Positions 61,243-64,000 of a DNA stretch of 64,000 nt are shown here, in pieces (within the stretch, counting starts at the first letter, position 1; each line of letters starts with the position of its first letter). The DNA is from Octopus bimaculoides. Its lineage: Eukaryota. The notes beneath the pieces were generated by a model. It was not told where the DNA came from and did not search any database. It saw only the letters and a list, made by a program, of their open reading frames with translations. Where the stretch lies: positions 41,553,536-41,617,535 of the forward strand of contig NC_069000.1 in the NCBI RefSeq assembly GCF_001194135.2, read 5' to 3'. The position numbers were made by a program, and so were the translations under genes.

Positions 61243-63219
61243 TTCAAAATGAAACAAACAAAAACCACTGGAAAATCGGTAGTACTCCAATGAAAGAAGT
61301 AAAAGAGTTAATACTAACCCCATTGCTATACTGAATGTCTGCATACATTGTATACTGGCAGAGGTTGGAGAGAATTGGAACGAGGTAAGCCCAGGTCTTG
61401 CCAGAGTTCTGTGGAGAGATGCCAATGATATCCTTGCCACGTATGGCTGGGCGCCAACAATAAGCTTGAATGGTTCTTGGCTGCAGACTGGGAAAGTCTT
61501 TCAGAAACTGGAAATGTAGAAAGAAGGCACAAAGTTAAAGCCATGAAAGCTTGGGAAAAATTTCTTTTTCAAAAAAAGCAGGCGTTAAACTTACCTGGGA
61601 GATGGCATCAGGTACGTCAAAATTAAGTTTTGTACCTGTTTTAACCCTTTGACATTCAAATTACACAGTCACATGTGATCCTTATTTCCTCACATCATTT
61701 TGCAAGATATCAATGATGTGACATTTTATCCTAAAAATGATATTGTAGAGCAGGTGAGAAAGGCTGTATCTGGCTGGTTTGGGCATAAAACAGGCAGAAT
61801 ATTTGGGCGAGACATGGCCAGATTAAATGCCAATGGGGTTAATCCTTTAGCATTCAGATTACTTTGTCAAATGTGATGCTTATTTATTCACATTGTTTTA
61901 AATTAATCTTGCATTATTTTGCAGCTTCAAGATTTGGAAAATGTGATTGTTTATTTTAGAATGACATTGTAGGGTGGGTGTGAGAGGCTGGATCAGGAAA
62001 TTCTGAACAGGTAGAATATTTGGATTAGATACGACCAGTTTAAATTCTAACACTAAAAGATTAATTATATTTTATTTTATTTCTACAAAAAAATCCAAGA
62101 CCTTTGAAACATGCACAGATCCACACTCTACAATGTCCCCTCAACATTCGCCAGCCCTTTGTGTTTGTGTACCAACAACACCACTACCCCCTCACCAGGG
62201 GAAACTATGACCCAGATTATGAATTCCTTTCCTACACACACCTATAAACTGTTAGAAATAGTAGCCAAATCACACTTAACATTCTTGTAAAGACACAATG
62301 AAGAAGAATACAGTCCAAGATACACAATGTTTGAATACAATACAGGATGGCCATGACAGGATATCTTTGGATCAAAGACCTACTGAATCTGATTTTATTT
62401 CAGGATAAACTCAAAGAATATGAGAAATTCTACAGAAACCAGTCACTTATGTGTATGTGTGTGTGTATGGGGGAGTCTAACTGGACAAGGGTGTTTGGTG
62501 CTGCCGATACCTGAACAAGAGGACAAAGTTGTCTGGTCCTCACTGTATCGTCAGGTGTCTGATCCTCACTGTTTTGTTTTATAGTTTCGAGACTTGGACA
62601 CTGTCTGAAACCTTTGGGGGCTGCCTGAACTCCTCCAATATCAAGACATTTCGCAGAAGAACTATTCTCAGGAACCAGGATGCATCCTGTCACTTCTATG
62701 ACTCAGGATTGTCAACTCAGACTGTTTGGTCATGTTGTTCGATTTTCTGGGTTGGATCCTGTATATCATGTTCTCTTCTCTGAGGATCTGACAGGGGTAA
62801 TGGATCGTGTTGGTTGGCCACATCCCTCATGTTCACAGTGGATAAGGAAATATTTCACTAAGATGGTAAGTGACTGGGGCAGTGCTTTGAGGGTTGACTA
62901 GGGCAACCCAAGCAGATCTTGACAAATGATAGATGCAGTGACATGCTGCAACAATGCATGGTCCTACACCTGACCTGACCTCTATCAGTATGTGTGTGAA
63001 TGACCTCTATGCTGATTGTCCAATATTCTATTCACTTGACCATCTGAATATTCTATAAGGCAGTAAACAAAGAAATGCCAAGTAAGCAGGCATTAAAATT
63101 ACCTGGGAGATGGCATCAGGTACATCAAAATCTTGGAGATTGTAAATTGGTGGAGGAATCTTCTCAGACACAAACAGGACTGAATCATTCATCAAAATCA
63201 ACTCAGTTGTGAGAGGATC
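11302..63219 (-). CDS. TDRD12: TDRD12-like gene, 5'-partial: DEAD-box-like helicase + CCCH zinc finger + 2 extended Tudor + helical region + CS domain; 37 exons, 4467 coding nt in window
   Basis: Exons chain with consistent splice phases into one open frame. Q motif (IQAYCW), Walker A (SGKT), DEAD, Tudor FVDxG motifs and C-terminal CS domain give the TDRD12/SoYb/BoYb architecture. Confidence 0.88.
12033..12510 (-). mobile_element. abundant non-autonomous retroposon ending in (GAT)n; copies near 22085-22380, 38117-38310, 46632-46815, 63690-63865
   Basis: recurrent ...gagtggttggcgttaggaagggcatccagctgtagaaactctgccagatcag...catgctagcatggaaagcggacgttaaacgatgatg. Confidence 0.8.
13081..13159 (-). 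pseudogene. tRNA-like sequence (anticodon position CGT, Thr-like); pseudogene or solitary SINE head
   Basis: GGGAGTT-TAGCTCAATCGGTCAGAGC D arm, perfect CGTGA/TCACG anticodon stem, GTGAGTTCG T arm (degenerate), TTTT just downstream; G at position 33 and an insertion before the 3' acceptor strand. Confidence 0.6.
14077..14197 (-). CDS. TDRD12: TDRD12 exon, p23-like acidic tail (FPNIHKDFGRFEMDFDDDDD)
   Basis: ttttttccag acceptor, gtagat donor, 121 nt, phase 0-1. Confidence 0.87.
14916..15075 (-). CDS. TDRD12: TDRD12 exon, CS domain (...KIQMSLAKSDPAYWPRLLETTEK)
   Basis: ccttttcag acceptor, gtagaa donor, 160 nt; LxK-WPRL CS signature. Confidence 0.9.
15249..15359 (-). CDS. TDRD12: TDRD12 exon, CS domain start (SPAIYWCQNKFRLLVTAEM)
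   Basis: ttcttgcag acceptor, gtaagt donor, 111 nt; PxIxWxQ CS/p23 signature. Confidence 0.9.
15769..16056 (-). CDS. TDRD12: TDRD12 exon, low-complexity linker (Ala/Asp/Gly tracts) before the CS domain
   Basis: taatttcag acceptor (alternative at 16048), gtgagt donor, open frame. Confidence 0.75.
16687..16769 (-). CDS. TDRD12: probable TDRD12 exon (VVFVAFLSTIDALMFIHCCYFDLVGSH)
   Basis: tttgcaagtag acceptor, gtatgg donor, 83 nt, phase 0-2; further exons could hide in the 17356-18189 gap. Confidence 0.55.
16921..17200 (-). mobile_element. same SINE family, copy 2 (intact CTGATGA core)
   Basis: head TGGTGTAGTGG...GTTCGATTCC, (AAT/AAG)n middle, hammerhead-like motif at 16975-17020. Confidence 0.75.
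20116..20191 (-). CDS. TDRD12: TDRD12 exon (GLDELKREKPIHSILQIIEDRKCSK)
   Basis: ccctccacag acceptor, gtaggt donor, 76 nt. Confidence 0.82.
20944..21069 (-). CDS. TDRD12: TDRD12 exon (VSLLLLQSHMCPHLIAEF...LIKLES)
   Basis: caattccag acceptor, gtattg donor, 126 nt, phase 2-2. Confidence 0.82.
21180..21490. repeat. minisatellite, about 20-bp subunits in a 40-bp dimer (aaacctgaagttttgacacc-aaaccaaagtatttgacatt), running into gap
   Basis: visible tandem periodicity. Confidence 0.85.
22805..23100 (+). mobile_element. 3' end of a degraded RTE LINE
   Basis: translates (with a stop and a frameshift) to KLRIGEEK...RK...HRCDLRSQDCHSHISLHSHGKHCSS, the RTE C-terminal CxxCxxxCxSxIGLxSH motif. Confidence 0.7.
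25010..25077 (-). CDS. TDRD12: TDRD12 exon (NKDEAILQAVLQLVPDLHSFTDR)
   Basis: gtttcttag acceptor, gtacgt donor, 68 nt, phase 0-2. Confidence 0.78.
25985..26374 (+). mobile_element. R4/Dong-clade non-LTR element 3' end encoding restriction-like endonuclease
   Basis: KPDIVLIEKKSKLCWTIDIVCPADNKV...KVDRYDRLAWEVKQLW...VVPIIIGALGTV...LQKTALLGT; (TAA)n on both sides. Confidence 0.82.
26898..26907 (-). CDS. TDRD12: putative 10-nt TDRD12 microexon (GTTTCTTCCT; R-F-L-P)
   Basis: tctatttcttccacag acceptor, gtatgt donor; supplies the needed phase 2-to-0 shift. Confidence 0.6.
27572..27697 (-). CDS. TDRD12: TDRD12 exon, helical region (YPERLIAHRYPESLLKLL...GLCQHR)
   Basis: gttgccag acceptor, gtatat donor, 126 nt, phase 2-2. 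Confidence 0.82.
29883..29944 (-). CDS. TDRD12: TDRD12 exon (DKSGLKLTANLLGKYTKVCLK)
   Basis: tattacag acceptor, gtaggt donor, 62 nt, phase 0-2. Confidence 0.78.
30200..30525. repeat. degenerate 18-20-bp minisatellite (gctatattttaagggaaga)
   Basis: about 15 diverged tandem units. Confidence 0.8.
32235..32372 (-). CDS. TDRD12: TDRD12 exon (PVFEESETAFQIF...); alternative in-frame donor at 32280
   Basis: ttttaaag acceptor; donors gtaagt (after 32280) and gtacgt (after 32235), both phase 0. Confidence 0.7.
32792..33073 (-). CDS. TDRD12: TDRD12 exon closing extended Tudor B, with poly-Asp/poly-Asn tract
   Basis: ctgtttcag acceptor, gtgaga donor, 282 nt open. Confidence 0.82.
34439..34521 (-). 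CDS. TDRD12: TDRD12 exon (GHSFSESSELFTNL...ILTLK)
   Basis: ctacacag acceptor, gtaagc donor, 83 nt, phase 1-0. Confidence 0.85.
35213..35388 (-). CDS. TDRD12: TDRD12 exon, Tudor B core (WHRVRL...VHFVDHGYCG...LPAQAIRCHLAHISP)
   Basis: cattcag acceptor, gtaaac donor, 176 nt; textbook extended Tudor. Confidence 0.95.
35660..35785. repeat. perfect 16-bp tandem repeat (gaatgaaaatagtatt), 7 full copies plus one partial
   Basis: exact repeats. Confidence 0.95.
35942..36055 (-). CDS. TDRD12: TDRD12 exon, Tudor B (LSELMEKIQE...GLHCLAIWSDSL)
   Basis: acatgcag acceptor, gtaagt donor, 114 nt. Confidence 0.9.
36582..36710 (-). CDS. TDRD12: TDRD12 exon, start of extended Tudor B (VVISYIVHPGHFFVQ)
   Basis: cctgaacag acceptor, gtgggt donor, 129 nt, phase 2-2. 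Confidence 0.88.
37410..37483 (-). CDS. TDRD12: TDRD12 exon (HLVLLREKFKKYLPDEKPSIIAKTR)
   Basis: cttttag acceptor, gtcagt donor, 74 nt. Confidence 0.85.
38404..38533 (-). CDS. TDRD12: TDRD12 exon (TKNSLWLDPL...LRRELLDQKLAVDNPE)
   Basis: gttttccag acceptor, gtattt donor, 130 nt; matches the TDRD12 LWxDP...DNPEH motif. Confidence 0.92.
40010..40071 (-). CDS. TDRD12: TDRD12 exon (ANSYTNLWVESKMLYGKIQFV)
   Basis: tttcacag acceptor, gtaagt donor, 62 nt. Confidence 0.87.
40440..40592 (-). CDS. TDRD12: TDRD12 exon, Tudor A (LFFVDIGK...YQAVEIFLCRLQPVDCDVRWSNF)
   Basis: ctcctccag acceptor, gtaagt donor, 153 nt; QAVE-F-LCRxxPxD-W signature of TDRD12. Confidence 0.93.
40869..40917 (-). CDS. TDRD12: TDRD12 exon (VTVSKLNNCASKNTVT)
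   Basis: ctttacag acceptor, gtaagt donor, 49 nt, phase 2-0. Confidence 0.85.
41635..41906. mobile_element. piggyBac-type MITE family 1 (TTAA-CCCTTT...AAAGGG-TTAA); copies at 20643-20863, 31030-31258, 41387-41608, 57432-57563, 57787-58016
   Basis: terminal inverted repeats ttaaccctttyGTTACCA / TGGTAACgaaagggttaa with TTAA flanks. Confidence 0.8.
43419..43628 (+). mobile_element. abundant SINE family B (tRNA-like head gctggcagaa...gagttcaaattcc); many copies, e.g. 300-510(-), 775-970(-), 5823-6045(-), 9020-9240(+), 23395-23568(+), 34625-34830(-)
   Basis: recurrent ...gtcgactttgcctttcatcctttcggggtcgataaattaagtaccag... core, usually ending in (AAT)n. Confidence 0.85.
43956..44010 (-). CDS. TDRD12: TDRD12 exon, Tudor A core (EKLEIGILCTVNTSKGFFR)
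   Basis: tcccacag acceptor, gttagt donor, 55 nt, phase 1-2. Confidence 0.85.
45625..45907 (+). mobile_element. RTE-clade LINE ORF2 fragment (end of RT domain), continues into gap
   Basis: translation LEVVDSFRYLGDQVSSGGGCAESVAARIRIAWAKFRELLPLL...KGRLY is the typical RTE RT C-terminal thumb region. Confidence 0.85.
47409..47568 (-). CDS. TDRD12: TDRD12 exon, start of extended Tudor A (IMVLHVKSASHFFGRILE...)
   Basis: acctttcag acceptor (innermost of a tandem array), gtaagg donor, 160 nt, phase 0-1. Confidence 0.85.
47552..47840 (-). repeat. tandem repeat of a 42-43-bp unit containing a splice acceptor and the first exon bases
   Basis: six copies of ttcttctatatttrcctttcag/attatggtcctccatg. Confidence 0.9.
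47870..48197 (-). mobile_element. same SINE family, copy 3, with inverted tail copy at 48121-48197
   Basis: head TGGCGTAGTGG...GTTCGATTCC; degenerate hammerhead-like motif at 47914-47960. Confidence 0.72.
49816..49918 (-). CDS. TDRD12: TDRD12 exon, second half of CCCH zinc finger (SCSNCNQRH...LPNQGDVR)
   Basis: ctgtttcag acceptor, gtaagt donor, 103 nt, phase 2-0. Confidence 0.87.
50076..50137 (-). CDS. TDRD12: TDRD12 exon, first half of CCCH zinc finger (LCYNIKMYGKC)
   Basis: ttttccag acceptor, gtatgg donor, 62 nt, phase 0-2. Confidence 0.87.
50938..51081 (-). CDS. TDRD12: TDRD12 exon (VPLRLGKSYILMS...SVIQE)
   Basis: tttcccag acceptor, gtaagt donor, 144 nt. Confidence 0.85.
52552..52694 (-). 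CDS. TDRD12: TDRD12 exon with degenerate motifs V/VI (VCSDSVLCDLKISDATCIVHYQFPSKK)
   Basis: ttttgtag acceptor, gtaagt donor, 143 nt, phase 1-0. Confidence 0.9.
52859..53080. mobile_element. piggyBac-type MITE family 2; copies near 10860-11078, 13775-13980, 61641-61842, 61839-62066
   Basis: TIRs ttaaccctttagcatt / aatgctaaagggttaa with a shared internal sequence. Confidence 0.72.
54606..54732 (-). CDS. TDRD12: TDRD12 exon (LLNNYLTSAAIGVW...EPYRFL)
   Basis: tattcag acceptor, gtaaat donor, 127 nt, phase 0-1. Confidence 0.85.
54845..54985 (+). mobile_element. second R4/Dong-like fragment
   Basis: NDNAKILWDFMIQCDHEIENRKPDIVLIEEESK*CQIINIACPADN, directly after a (TAA/TGA)n array. Confidence 0.75.
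55746..55874 (-). CDS. TDRD12: TDRD12 exon, start of second RecA domain (EKVIIFTD, motif IV)
   Basis: ttctctcag acceptor, gtaagt donor, 129 nt. Confidence 0.88.
56030..56150. repeat. 21-bp minisatellite (atcaaggtcatatgctttatt), about 5 copies
   Basis: visible tandem periodicity. Confidence 0.8.
56776..56970 (-). CDS. TDRD12: TDRD12 exon with degenerate motif III (QVMLFGSKW)
   Basis: cattacag acceptor, gtgagt donor, 195 nt. Confidence 0.9.
58050..58094 (-). CDS. TDRD12: TDRD12 exon with motif II (IIDEADIILEDFYSD), GC donor
   Basis: gttaacag acceptor; the frame requires a gcaagt donor; 45 nt. Confidence 0.85.
58710..58811 (-). CDS. TDRD12: TDRD12 exon with motif Ib region (VSLLNGCHILVATLPCL...LNRLCHL)
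   Basis: tatttcag acceptor, gtaagt donor, 102 nt. Confidence 0.92.
59055..59430 (+). mobile_element. tRNA-derived SINE family C; partial copy at 31701-31962, diverged relative near 9646-9920
   Basis: A/B-box head (taatggcccag...ggtttcgatccc) and shared body ...aagggtacacgtgtctgtggagtgctcagccacttgcacgttaatttcacg. Confidence 0.75.
60094..60228 (-). CDS. TDRD12: TDRD12 exon with motif Ia and GG doublet (PLAIILVSSW...IYGGGAEHNKS)
   Basis: ctatag acceptor, gtaagc donor, 135 nt. Confidence 0.92.
61319..61507 (-). CDS. TDRD12: TDRD12 exon with Q motif and motif I (PRTIQAYCWRPAIRGKDIIGISPQNSGKTWAYLVP)
   Basis: catttccag acceptor, gttagt donor, 189 nt open. Confidence 0.93.
62480..62950 (+). mobile_element. 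degraded RTE-like LINE ORF2 C-terminal fragment
   Basis: LDKGVWCCRYLNKRTK..., VLFYSFETWTLS, QLRLFGHVVRF motifs across frameshifts. Confidence 0.7.
63103..63219 (-). CDS. TDRD12: TDRD12 exon (DPLTTELILM...FDVPDAISQ), just before the Q motif
   Basis: ttttacag acceptor, gtaatt donor, 117 nt, phase 0-0. Confidence 0.85.
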
Positions 63220-63951
63220 CTGTAAAAAGAAAAATGATAAAAATAACAAGAACCAGTGAAATACTAGTTGATGGAATTGAATTCTCGCTCCCTTCGAGAT
63301 TGTTGGTCTTGAGTCAAAATTTGAAACCATTATTACCACTATTATTATTATTAAATTCTGCTGAGGTGGACTTTGTCTTTCATCCTTTCAGGGTTGATAA
63401 ATTAAGTACCAGTCAAGTACTGGGGTCAATAAGACTAACTTACCCACACCCTGCAAGTTTCCACTCTGCAGAGAGGCTGGCATTAGGGAGGGCATCCAGC
63501 CACAAAAACCCTGCCAAAACAGGCACAGTAGCCTGGGATAGTCTTCTACCTGGTCAGCTCCGGTCAACAGTCCTACTGATGCATGCATGGAAGACAGATG
63601 TTTAATGATGATGATGATGATGATGTTGATATATATATATATATATATATATATATCATTATCATCATCAACATCATCATCATCATCATCATCGTTTAAC
63701 GTCTGCTTTCCATGCTAGCATGGGTTGGACGATTTGACTGAGGACTGGTGAACCAGATGGCTAAAACCAGGCTCCAGTCTGATCTGGCAGAGTTTCTACA
63801 GCTGGATGCCCTTCCTAACGACAACCACTCCGAGAGTGTAGTGGGTGCTTTTACGTGCCACCGACACATATAATCCTCTTCAACCCATGCCAGCATGGAA
63901 AATGGATATTAGATGTTGATGACAATGATATATGTATTTACATATGTGTGC

Positions 63952-64000
<49 letters not shown>

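Overview
Eukaryotic (metazoan) genomic scaffold: AT-rich, full of microsatellites and N gaps, with SINE/MITE families that look like Octopus (inference, no database check). Two convergent spliced genes. (+) The last three coding exons of translation initiation factor eIF2-beta (EIF2S2), 131-5216. (-) A TDRD12/Yb-family piRNA-pathway gene running from beyond 64000 to its stop at 11302. I assembled 37 coding exons by hand (4467 nt, one open frame, about 1488 aa): DEAD-box-like helicase with degenerate motifs III/V/VI, CCCH zinc finger, two extended Tudor domains, a helical region, a CS/p23 domain and an acidic tail. The rest is SINEs, piggyBac- and mariner-type MITEs, RTE and R4/Dong LINE fragments, and minisatellites. 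Most notable: (1) a tRNA-headed SINE family whose 3' part folds into a minimal type-I hammerhead ribozyme and has Penelope-like inverted tail copies; (2) an array of six duplicated splice-acceptor/exon-start units in front of a TDRD12 Tudor exon; (3) a duplicated exon end plus donor; (4) a frame-required GC-AG intron and a 10-nt microexon; (5) a 330-bp near-perfect foldback downstream of the TDRD12 stop; (6) a Dong-like endonuclease fragment embedded in (TAA)n. Exon coordinates were counted by hand and may be off by a base or two.
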